Source of the DNA: Nitrospirales bacterium
Lineage (GTDB): Bacteria > Nitrospirota > Nitrospiria > Nitrospirales > UBA8639
Length of the DNA stretch: 64,000 nt
Assembly: GCA_963555755.3 (NCBI GenBank)
Contig: OY820905.2
Coordinates: 3,232,001 to 3,296,000 of the forward strand
Direction: 5' to 3'
This document shows, piece after piece, positions 39,959 through 49,997 of this stretch. A program made the translations under genes and the position numbers. The first letter of the stretch is position 1. The number at the start of each line of letters is the position of its first letter. The notes under the pieces were generated by a model. It did not search any database and was not told where the DNA came from. It saw only the letters and a list, made by a program, of their open reading frames with translations.

Positions 39959-40972
39959 TTACAACTCTCGTCCCACGGCTTCGGCAATTTTTTTGAGATC
40001 GCCCATGAGTTCTTTGAACCGGTGAGGTTTAAGGGATTCTTCGCCGTCGCACATGGCGCATTCTGGATTGGAGTGGACTTCGATCAATAGCCCATCGGCG
40101 CCAGCGGCAATCGCGGCCTTTGACAGCGGGGCCACGAGATTCCACTTACCGGAGGCATGGCTGGGATCCACGATCACAGGCAGGTGAGACAATTCCTTCA
40201 AGGCCGGCACTGCCGAGAGATCCAAGGTGTTGCGATAATGCGTTTCAAACGTTCGGATGCCGCGTTCACACAGCATGACGTTCCGATTCCCGCGCGACAT
40301 GATGTATTCCGCCGATAATAAAAATTCTTTAATCGTGGCCGACATACCGCGTTTTAACAAGACCGGCTTGTCATACGCCCCCACCTCTTTAAGCAGCTCG
40401 AAGTTTTGCATGTTGCGAGCACCGATTTGAATGATGTCGGCCTTTTCCAAAAACACATCGGTATCACGAGGATCGAGGATCTCGCTGACGACAGGAAGAC
40501 CGGTTTGCTTCTTGGCCTCGACGAGAAAGTCCAGCCCTTCTCGGCCCAACCCCTGAAACGAATACGGTGAGGTCCGTGGTTTGTAAGCACCGCCCCGTAA
40601 AATACATCCACCCGCAGCTTTCACTTCCTGGGCAATGCCGACGGTGATTTCTAATTTTTCCACGGCACAGGGTCCAGCCATAATCGTGAGTAGCTTCCCT
40701 CCGATTTTGATCCCATCGACATCAATGACCGTATCGTGTTTTTGAAATTCCCGGCTGACGAGCTTCCAAGGCGCCATGATCGGAGTGACGCTTTCAACGC
40801 CTGGGAACACACTCAAGGGTTGGTTGTCTAGCAGGCGCTCATCCCCAATCACTCCGATGATGGTGCGCTCTTCGCCCTGAGAGATTTGCGATTTGAGGCC
40901 AAGCTCTCGTAGACGATCCGTGACATGATCAATGTCTTCTTCTGTCGCTTGAGGTTTAAATACGATAATCAT
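39959..40972 (-). CDS. aroF: DAHP synthase (type I-beta)
   Basis: AGPCAVE, KPRTSPYSFQG, IGARNMQN, DPSHASG. Confidence 0.96.
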   Translation of the reverse strand: MIIVFKPQATEEDIDHVTDRLRELGLKSQISQGEERTIIGVIGDERLLDNQPLSVFPGVESVTPIMAPWKLVSREFQKHDTVIDVDGIKIGGKLLTIMAGPCAVEKLEITVGIAQEVKAAGGCILRGGAYKPRTSPYSFQGLGREGLDFLVEAKKQTGLPVVSEILDPRDTDVFLEKADIIQIGARNMQNFELLKEVGAYDKPVLLKRGMSATIKEFLLSAEYIMSRGNRNVMLCERGIRTFETHYRNTLDLSAVPALKELSHLPVIVDPSHASGKWNLVAPLSKAAIAAGADGLLIEVHSNPECAMCDGEESLKPHRFKELMGDLKKIAEAVGREL

Positions 40973-40996
40973 GAGTAGTGTTCCCCTGATCAGATG

Positions 40997-41206
40997 GGAG
41001 TCCCTTGAAAAAGCCTGCCCTGAGCGGAGCCGAAGGGTCTGGCAGCTGCGTTCTCGGGGCTTTGTCGAGCTTCGCCCTCACAGACTTGGCGCTCTTCGCG
41101 CCGTTCGCCCTCACGTACTCCGTGTACGCTCCGGGCGCCAAATCCCCTGCGGCCTTTCCTTCGATAGACTCAGGACAGGTCTGGACGAATCTTTTCAAGG
41201 GACTCC
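40997..41206. mobile_element. MITE family H (related to A)
   Basis: TIR GGAGTCCCTTGAAAA; internal CACGTACTCCGTGTACGCTCC matches the family A core in reverse. Confidence 0.8.
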
Positions 41207-41212
41207 TGAAGG

Positions 41213-42292
41213 TCATTGTTCGATGACTTTTTTGAGTGCCCTCAAAAATCGAGTGTTTTCCTCGGGCTGACCGATCGTCACGCGAATCATGGAGCCGCGA
41301 ATGTGACGAACAATCACCCCTTCCTTCAGCAGATGATTGAAGATGTCATGCCCATCCCGACCGGTATCAAAATATAAAAAGTTGGCTTGGCTTGGGATCG
41401 GTTGGAACCCGAGATCACGGAGTTCTGATTCAACCTCCGCCATTTCCGATTCATTGAGCACTCGGCTGGTGGCCACATGTTCGTCATCCCCTAATGCGGC
41501 CAGGGCGGCTTTTTGAGCGAGGGCATTCGTGTTGAAGGGATTCCGTACCCGGTGCAGGTAATCCACAATTTCGGGTGTGGTGATCCCATATCCAATGCGC
41601 AACCCGGCTAATCCGTAAATCTTGGAAAAGGTCCGAAGGACGGCAACATGCCGGTTCTCTCTGACATACTGAATGGTATCCGGATAGTGTGGGTGCCGTA
41701 CATATTCAAAATAGGCTTCATCAAAGACCACTATGACATGACCTGGGACGTCCGCCATAAACGCTGCGACTTCATTTTTGGAGATCATGGTCCCCGTGGG
41801 GTTATTAGGATTGCACAGAAACACTAATCGCGTTCGATCCGTGATGGCTTTGGCCATGGCGGGCAAATCATGACACCACTCTTTTAAGGGCACTTCTTTG
41901 ATGACTCCATGCCCACCCATGACCGCGAGTTTGTACATCACAAACGTGTGATCCGCCATCACGGCTTCGTCACCAGGAGCAACAAAGGCTTTGACCAAGA
42001 GGCTAATGATTTCATCCGAACCATTACCGACGATAATTTGGTTCAGCGATACTTTTAGGTGATCCGCTAAGGCTCGGGTTAAATGATGGGCACCGCCATC
42101 CGGGTAGAGATGCAGTGTTTCGGTTCCTTTACGCAACGCCGCAAGAGCCTTGGGAGAAGGGCCAAGGGGATTCTCATTCGACGCCAGCTTGACGGCTCCT
42201 CGAATGCCTAATTCCCGCTCCAATTCATCCAGGGGCTTCCCAGGTGAATACGGGACTAATTTGGCAATGTCGGGGTGAACGTGGAGGGACAT
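41213..42292 (-). CDS. hisC: Histidinol-phosphate aminotransferase
   Basis: KLASNENP, NPNNPTG, DEAY, RTFSKIYGLAGLRIG. Confidence 0.96.
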   Translation of the reverse strand: MSLHVHPDIAKLVPYSPGKPLDELERELGIRGAVKLASNENPLGPSPKALAALRKGTETLHLYPDGGAHHLTRALADHLKVSLNQIIVGNGSDEIISLLVKAFVAPGDEAVMADHTFVMYKLAVMGGHGVIKEVPLKEWCHDLPAMAKAITDRTRLVFLCNPNNPTGTMISKNEVAAFMADVPGHVIVVFDEAYFEYVRHPHYPDTIQYVRENRHVAVLRTFSKIYGLAGLRIGYGITTPEIVDYLHRVRNPFNTNALAQKAALAALGDDEHVATSRVLNESEMAEVESELRDLGFQPIPSQANFLYFDTGRDGHDIFNHLLKEGVIVRHIRGSMIRVTIGQPEENTRFLRALKKVIEQ

Positions 42293-42376
42293 TTCGTTTC
42301 TCGTATCTCGTCGTTTGTATTTCGTCGTTCGTATTCTTTTTTTTTACGAGATACGAAATACGAGAGACGAACGACG
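42293..42376. repeat. Heptamer inverted array (cgagata type) abutting the hisC start codon
   Basis: tctcgta tctcgtc gtttgta tttcgtc ... cgagata cgaaata cgagaga cgaacga. Confidence 0.8.
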
Positions 42377-42388
42377 TTTTTTTCTTCC

Positions 42389-43471
42389 TTAGGAATGCAT
42401 AGGATAGGAACCGAGGATTTTCAAAAACAAGCATCGGGATTTTATTTCATCGACGGTTCGGCGAATTCGATCTTCATTCATATGACCTTCGACATCCACG
42501 AAGAAAATATATTCCCAGGCTTTCCGTCGAGATGGTCGTGATTCAATCTTGGTCATATTGATACCATTTGACGCAAAAGGCCGAAGCAAATCGTACAGTG
42601 CACCTGCCTTATCTTTGACCGACAGCATGATCGAGGTCTTATCTTTTCCCGTGGGATCAGAGGCATGTTTGCACAACACGAGAAATCGTGTGAAGTTGTT
42701 AATGTTGTCTTCGATGCGCGATTTCAAAATTTTCAAGCCATACATTTGGGCTGCCAGCTCAGAGGCGATAGCTGCGGAATCCGGTTCGGCCACGCACTTT
42801 TCCGCGGCACCTGCCGTACTGGGCATTTCCCGAATGGCAACGTTGGGGACATGGCTTTCCAACCAGTTCCGACATTGGGCCAACGCATGGGGATGTGAAT
42901 AAATAGTTTTGACCGAATCGACGGTGTCCGCTCTGGACATCAAGTGATGGGAGACTTCTTGCAACACTTCCCCATAGATCGTCAAGTTGGAATCGATGAA
43001 CATATCCAGGGTGTAATTGACGACCCCTTCCGTTGAATTCTCAATCGGAACCACCCCGTAAAGAGCCCGCCCACGTTCGACTTCATCAAAGACTTCTTTT
43101 ATTCCACTAACCGGAACGTATTCAGCGGATTGGCCGAATTTCCCCAGGGCGGCCAGGTGCGTAAACGTAGCAGAAGGACCCAGGTACGCAACAGTCTGTA
43201 TACCTTCAAGGGAAAGGGATGCCGACATGATTTCCCGGTACACCGGACGAATCGCGTCGTTGGGAAAGGGCCCGGTGTTCAGTTTCGTCAAACGGTCGAC
43301 AATGGCTGCTTCACGCCCTGGGGTATGAAGAAGGGCATTGGGGTCCTCTTGCCGTTTGGCCTTGCCAATGGCAATGACATGATGCGATCGCTCATTGAGG
43401 AGTCGGAGGATTTCATCATCCAGCCGATCAATCTCCTGACGGGAAATTTCAATGTGTTGTTGTTCTGACAT
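42389..43471 (-). CDS. pheA: Chorismate mutase / prephenate dehydratase (P-protein)
   Basis: True start probably MSEQQH at 43471; RQEIDRLD, PIENSTEG, NFTRF, IESRPS. Confidence 0.95.
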   Translation of the reverse strand: MSEQQHIEISRQEIDRLDDEILRLLNERSHHVIAIGKAKRQEDPNALLHTPGREAAIVDRLTKLNTGPFPNDAIRPVYREIMSASLSLEGIQTVAYLGPSATFTHLAALGKFGQSAEYVPVSGIKEVFDEVERGRALYGVVPIENSTEGVVNYTLDMFIDSNLTIYGEVLQEVSHHLMSRADTVDSVKTIYSHPHALAQCRNWLESHVPNVAIREMPSTAGAAEKCVAEPDSAAIASELAAQMYGLKILKSRIEDNINNFTRFLVLCKHASDPTGKDKTSIMLSVKDKAGALYDLLRPFASNGINMTKIESRPSRRKAWEYIFFVDVEGHMNEDRIRRTVDEIKSRCLFLKILGSYPMHS

Positions 43472-43558
43472 ACGGTGGTCTGAGGAAAAACACAGTACCG
43501 GTGAGCATACGCAGAAGCACCCATCTTTGCAAGAAAGTGCAGGGCTTGGCACCACAAT

Positions 43559-43660
43559 TTCGTCGCTGGTTGCTGGTCGCTCGTCGCTCGGGACTCGTCG
43601 CTCGTTAATCGTGATTCCTCTCTCGGAAACGACGAACGACGAGATGCGAGCGACCAGCGA
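43559..43660. repeat. Heptamer inverted array (cgagcga type)
   Basis: tcgtcgc tggttgc tggtcgc tcgtcgc ... cgaacga cgagatg cgagcga ccagcga. Confidence 0.8.
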
Positions 43661-43912
43661 CACATTCCAATCATTGCCCTGACCGCCAACGCGATGGCCG
43701 AAGATCGGGAGCGATGCCTTGTAGCCGGGATGGATGATTTCCTCACGAAACCGGTTAAACTCGATGTGCTCGAAAGAATATTGAAGCAGTGGTTGGGTCG
43801 AGTGCCTTCGAGTAATCCGGAGGCGTCAATATCTCAAAACCAACAGTCTGCGGGTACAGTTTCGTCCACTGAGGACGATGCCTTACCTTCTTCGTCTGCC
43901 CTTCCCTGTTGA
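43658..43912 (+). pseudogene. C-terminal half of a receiver domain (hybrid kinase remnant)
   Basis: [33 protein letters not shown]; no N-terminal half upstream. Confidence 0.8.
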
Positions 43913-43944
43913 TCTACAGGGGCTCAGGGAACTGGTTGAACTAG

Positions 43945-44233
43945 GAGCCTGTCCGAGATTAGCGATCGTCATGAGGATGTGCGGGTTTGAGTCAGATATT
44001 TCGATCGTTTGAGGCGAATAGTGGGACTCTTCAACGAAAACGGGGAATGTTTAAAAAGGTTGTCCAGCGAGGCCGCAGGGCTTTGGGCGCGCGGAGCGGA
44101 CGCGGAGTACGTGAGCACGCCAAAAGCCCGAGAACGCAGCTGGCGGCCTTTTTCAACATTCCCCGAAAAGGATCGGAAGATCTGGCCAAATCCAGCGCAT
44201 CCGCAGTAGATTCGTCTAATCTCGGACAGGCTC
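43945..44233. mobile_element. MITE family G with nested short family A (44042-44164)
   Basis: TIR GAGCCTGTCCGAGATTAG; CTAG on both flanks (43941-43944, 44234-44237). Confidence 0.85.
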
Positions 44234-44321
44234 CTAGGCCAAAATATCCTAAATTTTGGTTCAAACCTTAGTAATAGACGAGATGTGATCATGTAACAGA
44301 ATGCCGTATTTTGTTACATTA

Positions 44322-44462
44322 AGGCACCTCTAAAAACCGTCCTTTTCCGTGATGGCGGCGTCAGCCGCGTGCTCAAATCCTCCTGTATTCGCCCATACAC
44401 TCCGGTTTTCCGCGCGCGGTTTCCTTGCCCTCACAAAAAATGCCTGGTTTTTAGAGGTGCCC
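44322..44462. mobile_element. MITE family F
   Basis: Near-identical to 29452-29591. Confidence 0.85.
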
Positions 44463-44804
44463 ATTAATGGGATTACTGTCGGTGGTGAATTCCTAGCGTT
44501 TAAAAGCCGCATGGTTATTCACTTTGTCAATTTTTTGTAACACTTCTCTAAGAGAAGTGTTACATCTTTGCGCATCCTGCGATCTAATCCACAATCTCAG
44601 ATAACTTTCTAGTGCACGTCAATTTTTCCTGTGGGCGAAACCCACCCTACTATTCTGAATAATTGTCGTCCAGGGATTTTCATTTCACCGCGTTGGGTGC
44701 GACGGGGACGTAGCATCGAATTCGACTCTTTGGCGAGCATTGTCTGAGCGGAGCGAGTTGCGCAGCCATGTAATTCGATACGGAGGCGGAGGGACCCCCA
44801 AGGG

Positions 44805-47382
44805 CAATGGCATTCGGTTTGGTTCGAACGAACAATCTGCCTTCTCTGTTATCAGCGGAACTGGTTGATTGATCAGGGCTTCTGAACCGAAGTCGCCCTG
44901 GTGTCCTTTTTCGCTTGACTTCTTTTCCGTCTTCTGAGAGACTATCCTCGATGAAGACTGTGGACACCTTACCCAAGACGACCTTTAGCGGGCGGCGGTT
45001 CACCCGCAAGCAGTTGGCGCAGGTCCAAGAAACCGTCCAGCTGTTCCCCCACCTGAGTCGGAAGGAATTGGCCCTCACCGTCTGTGAGCATCTCAGCTGG
45101 ACCACGCCGACGGGCCACAACAAGATTCATTCCTGTTTGACCTTGCTGACCGAGCTGGAAGCGCACGGGATCGTGACTCTGCCGGCCACGCGCCACAAGC
45201 GCGCGCCGGGACACCCCATCCCTGCGTTTCACGAGCCGCCCCCCACCGAGCCACTCACCGACACCCTCGCCGCCGTGGCCCCAATTACCCTGCACCGGGT
45301 GGTCTCGAAAGAGGAACGCGAGAGCTGGAAAGTCTACCTGCAGACCTATCATTATTTGGGCTATAAACACCCGATCGGGGCCCAGCTGGGCTATCTGGTG
45401 AGATCGGCCGCCCAGCCGTACCCGCTGGGCTGTCTGCTGTTTTCGGCCTCGGCCGCCTGGGCGCTGGCCCCCAGAGATCACTGGATTGGCTGGGACGTGA
45501 CGCACCGGAGGAAGCTCCTGCCATTGGTGTTGCGCAATGATCGGTTTTTGATCTTTCCGTGGATTGACGTGCCGAATCTCGCCAGCCATGTGCTGGCGCG
45601 GGCCACCAAGCAGATCGGGGACGACTGGGTTGAAGTCTACGGTTATCGCCCGGTGCTGATTGAAACGTTCATCGATCCCTCCCGGTTTGCCGGGACCTGT
45701 TATCGAGCGGCCAATTGGCACTTCGTGGGCTACACCGAGGGGCGCGGGCGGTTTGGCTCAACGTCGGACCGTCCACCCACGACAAAAGAGATTTTTCTCT
45801 ATCCGCTCCAACCCGACTGGCGCGCGTGCCTGACTGCCGGGCATCGAGCCGTCACGGTGAAGACACGCTATCGCAACGACGTGCGAGCCAGTCGCACACG
45901 GTCCGTCGGGGAAGGGTTTGTCGCCTGGTGGAAACAGGTGGTCCACATCCTCCACGACGTGGCGGCCCAGTACGATGACCAGTGGCGCGTCCGGAAACGG
46001 GTGATCGATTCCCTGATCCTGATGCTGTTGATCTTTCGGTTGGTGTCGTCAACCAACTCCCAAAGTTACGGCACCACCATTGATGACTTGTGGGACAGTT
46101 GCGACAACCTGGCGCTCGCGCTCCCGCAACCCCACAGCATCGCGCCGGCGTCCTTTTGTGTCGCACGTCGCAAACTGGACGAAGCCATTTTCCAGTCCGT
46201 CAACCGGAACATTCTGGACGCCTATGCCCCACACGACTCCAACGACACCTGGTTGGGCCATCGGGTGTTTGCCGTCGATGGCTCCAAGCTTACACTGCCC
46301 CGCGCGTTGCGGGCGTGTGGCTACCCCTTGCCCTCTGACAATGCACACTATCCTCAAGGGTTGCTGAGTTGCCTCTACCACCTCACGTCGCAAGTGCCCT
46401 GGGATTTCGACCTCGTCGCGCATGGCAACGAGCGACGGTGCGCCCTGCGGCACCTGGCTGTGCTGAAGCCCAACGATGTCGTGGTGTACGATCGAGGCTA
46501 TTTCTCCTACGTCCTGCTGCATCAGCACTGGACCGCCGGGATCCACGCCGTGTTTCGTCTCCAAGACAGCGGGTTCAAGGAGATTCAAGAGTTTTTTGCC
46601 GGCCCGGACACCGACACCACGGTCACCCTCTTCCCCGCCGCACGCACGCAACGAGACATCCGGGCGGTCTATCCTGATCTCGCCATCATCCCGTTGAGCC
46701 TGCGGCTTCTGAAATATGAGATGGCCGGCAGCCGATTTTGCTTGGGCACCACTCTGGTCGGCCCCCAGCAGCGGTATCCGCTCCAGGAGTTCATGGATCT
46801 CTACCATGCCCGTTGGGGCATCGAGGAACTCTACAAGGTGAGCAAGCGCCTGTTCCTCATCGAGGAGTTTCATGCCAAAACCGAGCGCGGCGTCAAACAA
46901 GAGCTCTTCGCGCATTTCGTCCTGATCACCATGAACCGGCTGTTCGCCAATCGGGCGGACCACGCACTCAATCCCGAAGCCCCCGCAGCTGAGCCCATGG
47001 CCCCTCCCGGATCGTCCATAGTTGGAACCGGCACCGGGGCGAGGCGGACATTCAAGACCAACTTCAAACATTGCCTTCACGTGTTTGCGCGAAGCTTCGA
47101 AGATCTGCTCGTGCTCCATGCTCGGATGCAGACCGCCGTCCAACGGGCCTTCGAGTCCATTGTGAGTCACTACCAACGGGTGAGGCCGGGCCGATCCTAT
47201 CCTCGAACATCCATGAAACCGGAGTCCACGTGGCATCCACCCAAAAAGAACAGCCAGTCCAAGAACCCCACAGGGTCGATGGCCTCTATCTGAAAGTCCC
47301 TTAAGCACATGGAATCCGTTTCTTAAACGAATGAGCCAAATCCTTAAACGAATGCCGCCCATTCCTTAAACGAATGCCATTG
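44805..47382 (+). mobile_element. IS4-family insertion sequence
   Basis: TIR CAATGGCATTCG; 10-bp TSD CCCCCAAGGG at 44795-44804 and 47383-47392. Confidence 0.92.
44951..47293 (+). CDS. DUF4338 (DruA-like) domain fused to IS4 DDE transposase
   Basis: N-terminal YHYLGY, RDHWIGW, RFLIFPW..NLASHVL, ETFID, GTCYRAANW; C-terminal VDGS, YDRGY and YREK signature YHARWGIEELYKVSK. Confidence 0.88.
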   Translation: MKTVDTLPKTTFSGRRFTRKQLAQVQETVQLFPHLSRKELALTVCEHLSWTTPTGHNKIHSCLTLLTELEAHGIVTLPATRHKRAPGHPIPAFHEPPPTEPLTDTLAAVAPITLHRVVSKEERESWKVYLQTYHYLGYKHPIGAQLGYLVRSAAQPYPLGCLLFSASAAWALAPRDHWIGWDVTHRRKLLPLVLRNDRFLIFPWIDVPNLASHVLARATKQIGDDWVEVYGYRPVLIETFIDPSRFAGTCYRAANWHFVGYTEGRGRFGSTSDRPPTTKEIFLYPLQPDWRACLTAGHRAVTVKTRYRNDVRASRTRSVGEGFVAWWKQVVHILHDVAAQYDDQWRVRKRVIDSLILMLLIFRLVSSTNSQSYGTTIDDLWDSCDNLALALPQPHSIAPASFCVARRKLDEAIFQSVNRNILDAYAPHDSNDTWLGHRVFAVDGSKLTLPRALRACGYPLPSDNAHYPQGLLSCLYHLTSQVPWDFDLVAHGNERRCALRHLAVLKPNDVVVYDRGYFSYVLLHQHWTAGIHAVFRLQDSGFKEIQEFFAGPDTDTTVTLFPAARTQRDIRAVYPDLAIIPLSLRLLKYEMAGSRFCLGTTLVGPQQRYPLQEFMDLYHARWGIEELYKVSKRLFLIEEFHAKTERGVKQELFAHFVLITMNRLFANRADHALNPEAPAAEPMAPPGSSIVGTGTGARRTFKTNFKHCLHVFARSFEDLLVLHARMQTAVQRAFESIVSHYQRVRPGRSYPRTSMKPESTWHPPKKNSQSKNPTGSMASI

Positions 47383-47539
47383 CCCCCAAGGGGGCCGCGC
47401 ACAGGCAAAAATGGTGTTGGTCCCTTTTGCCCAAACAAAAGGGACTCGTCTACAGGGGCGAAACCCTATAGAAATTAATACCCTTACCCGTCTTTCCCAA
47501 TTAATAATCCTGCTGGTACAATCCTAATCGAGGACACTC

Positions 47540-48412
47540 ATGGCCAAACTTTCTAAACGCCTCTCCACAAATGTCGAAGGTAACTTCTATGTCGACTCCA
47601 CATGTATCGACTGTGATACCTGTCGGCAATTAGCCCCCACGACGTTTGTCGAAAACGGCGACTACTCCACGGTGTTTCACCAGCCAAAATCAAGGTCCGA
47701 GGAATTCGAGGCCTATCAAGCCCTGATCGCCTGTCCGGTGGGATCGATAGGAGTGGTAGAGAACAACGACTCCCAATTCACCCAAGCCAAAACTTCTTTT
47801 CCTCTAGAGTTGGAAGCAGGGGTGTTTTACAACGGATTCAATTCTGAGAAATCCTTTGGTGCAAACAGCTATTTTGTTCAACATCCTGAGGGGAATTGGC
47901 TGATCGACTCGCCTCGGTATCTCAAACACTTAGTCAACACCTTCAAAGATCTTGGGGGAATTCAGTACATTTTTTTGAGTCATGAAGATGATGTGGCGGA
48001 TGCCAGCCGCTATGCCAAAACGTTCGGGGCCACTCGGATCATTCATCGGGCTGATGCGCATGCCCTGCCTGATGCGGAAAGGATTGTGGATGGGCAGGAA
48101 AAGGTACAAGCCACACCCGGGTTTATGTTGATCCCGGTTTCTGGGCACACGAAGGGAAGCATGGCCTTACTCTACAACAACCGATTTCTCTTTACCGGTG
48201 ACCATCTCTGGTGGGATCCGCACAAGGAGCAATTGGGAACGCCCTCCAACTTGATTTGGGATAAGACGCAATTGCTGCAATCTTTGTCACGCTTGTCGGA
48301 GGTGACATTTGAATGGGTGCTCCCTGGCCATGGGCATCGGGTCCATTTCGATGGCGCCACGATGCAGCGCCATTTGAAAGCGTTAGTCGATTCTCGTTCC
48401 TTGGCACTCTAG
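47540..48412 (+). CDS. Ferredoxin-fused MBL-fold metallo-hydrolase
   Basis: CIDCDTC...CP; SHEDDVAD, GHTKGS, FTGDH, LPGHG. Confidence 0.9.
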   Translation: MAKLSKRLSTNVEGNFYVDSTCIDCDTCRQLAPTTFVENGDYSTVFHQPKSRSEEFEAYQALIACPVGSIGVVENNDSQFTQAKTSFPLELEAGVFYNGFNSEKSFGANSYFVQHPEGNWLIDSPRYLKHLVNTFKDLGGIQYIFLSHEDDVADASRYAKTFGATRIIHRADAHALPDAERIVDGQEKVQATPGFMLIPVSGHTKGSMALLYNNRFLFTGDHLWWDPHKEQLGTPSNLIWDKTQLLQSLSRLSEVTFEWVLPGHGHRVHFDGATMQRHLKALVDSRSLAL

Positions 48413-48595
48413 TCCTTCCTTTTGGTTTGACGAATTTCTCCTACCCTTTAATTCCGTGATCCAATCAACGGAAAAGAATCAAGAGGAGTATCACGTATTT
48501 TCGTGAAATGAGCTATGGCATGATTACGGCGATTGGGGACGTCTTGCGGCGTTGTGATGAACGGGGATGGATTACTTCGCGAGATGGAAACTGTA

Positions 48596-48720
48596 GGGCA
48601 CCTCTACAAACCAGGCATTTTTTGTGAGGGCAAGGAAGCCGCGCGCGGAAAACCGGTGTGTATGGGCGAATACATGAGGACCGGGCGTTACGCTTCACGT
48701 ATCACGCTTCACGCATTACG
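48596..48720. repeat. Partial family F element ending at a heptamer array (tcacgct type, 48686-48720)
   Basis: Reverse copy of the right half of 29452-29591, then ttacgct tcacgta tcacgct tcacgca ttacg. Confidence 0.75.
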
Positions 48721-49342
48721 TCCTCCGCTTTGCAATCACATTAAGCCATCGTCCTTTGCGTTCGCGGTTACTCATCGTCTGTACAGAGATGATGTGCCAT
48801 CTCGCCTGTTGAAAGACTTTCTGTAATTCTGGCTTCAACCATTTGCACATATATCGGCCAGGAATCCATTGGCCAGGCAGGAGCCCGGCTCCTTTACCGT
48901 GAAGAAATGTCGCAGCAAGAAAACCAGTTGGGCGAATGAGAGCGCGAACCTGTCGTAGGACTTTTTTGAGTGTTGTTTTTGGGAGATGAATCAACGAAGC
49001 CGCAGCCCAGATACCGTCAAAGGTTTCGGGTGAAAAGGGGAGATGTTCTATATCGGCCTGAACCAGGGGCAACTTCGGACTTCGCTTTTTTGCCGCTTGG
49101 AGAAAGAGTCGTGTCAGATCTAGCCCCACGACGTGAAATCCTCGTCGTCGAAGATAGCGGCTATCCTGTCCTGGGCCGCAACCCAGGTCTAGAACTTGCG
49201 AGCGTGGAGGTAGATGCTCGATCCAGATTTGGAGGTGGAGAGGTATTCGATAGGTACGACGATGCCATTCCTTAAGATACACCTCTGACCAGGAGGCATA
49301 AGCCTGGATCGTCTGTTTCGTGGTCGATCGAATGGCTCCCAT
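48716..49342 (-). CDS. Class I SAM-dependent methyltransferase
   Basis: VLDLGCGPG, FDGIWAAASLIHL. Confidence 0.9.
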   Translation of the reverse strand: MGAIRSTTKQTIQAYASWSEVYLKEWHRRTYRIPLHLQIWIEHLPPRSQVLDLGCGPGQDSRYLRRRGFHVVGLDLTRLFLQAAKKRSPKLPLVQADIEHLPFSPETFDGIWAAASLIHLPKTTLKKVLRQVRALIRPTGFLAATFLHGKGAGLLPGQWIPGRYMCKWLKPELQKVFQQARWHIISVQTMSNRERKGRWLNVIAKRRT

Positions 49343-49543
49343 ACCTAGTGAGTTCCACAATTAATAGTGTTCGTGCTCATTCCTATTCATCAACAGTGTT
49401 TGTGAGGATGAGTGCCAGGGGCAGCAAGGGAATCACGCACGATCCGATAAAGAGAGAAAGAATTAAAAAACACATAGACGCAATCCGTATCCTGAACAAC
49501 TGTTTCTGAAGGGCCATTTCTTTCCCCAATAAAGCGGTGCTTT

Positions 49544-49996
49544 ATGGTCATGATCACCAAATGGCTGTCTCGCAACCTTAAGGTTGTATTAGGAATGTTG
49601 TGGGTCGTCCTCTGCCTTTCGGTATTCTCCCTCATCGGGAGTGTGCTGGGGCAACAGACAACATCACATGCTGAAGAATCCGAGGTTGCATCTGATAAGT
49701 CTGCGAAGGTCAGCGTTGAAACCAAACGGCAGAGGTGGACGATCATTTGTGAACGAGAAGATGGTACACAGGGGGTCTTTCGCATTTTGTCAAACCTGAC
49801 CGACGAGGCGTCACCGCTGGAACGCACGCCACATGCCGAACTGGGTGAGGCGACCAAGGAATCCTCATCCCAAGAAATGGAAGACGAAACCCCCGCGATC
49901 CCAGACGAAGATCCTTTTGGCAATCCCACGCTCCACTGTGCAAGACTTCTCACTCTCTTGGCCCTGTTTGGGACTGAAAACACTTCGACCCCTTGA
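49544..49996 (+). CDS. Hypothetical membrane-anchored protein
   Basis: N-terminal hydrophobic helix, acidic low-complexity body. Confidence 0.45.
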   Translation: MVMITKWLSRNLKVVLGMLWVVLCLSVFSLIGSVLGQQTTSHAEESEVASDKSAKVSVETKRQRWTIICEREDGTQGVFRILSNLTDEASPLERTPHAELGEATKESSSQEMEDETPAIPDEDPFGNPTLHCARLLTLLALFGTENTSTP

Positions 49997-49997
49997 A

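Noticed and set aside
43472..43663. N-terminal extension of PheA in the ORF track
   Set aside because: It runs through a heptamer array; homology starts at MSEQQH (43471).
44951..47293. Complete Druantia defence system
   Set aside because: No DruE helicase or other dru genes; the domain lies inside an IS.
46049..47362. 437-aa antisense ORF
   Set aside because: Shadow of the GC-rich transposase with no recognisable motifs.
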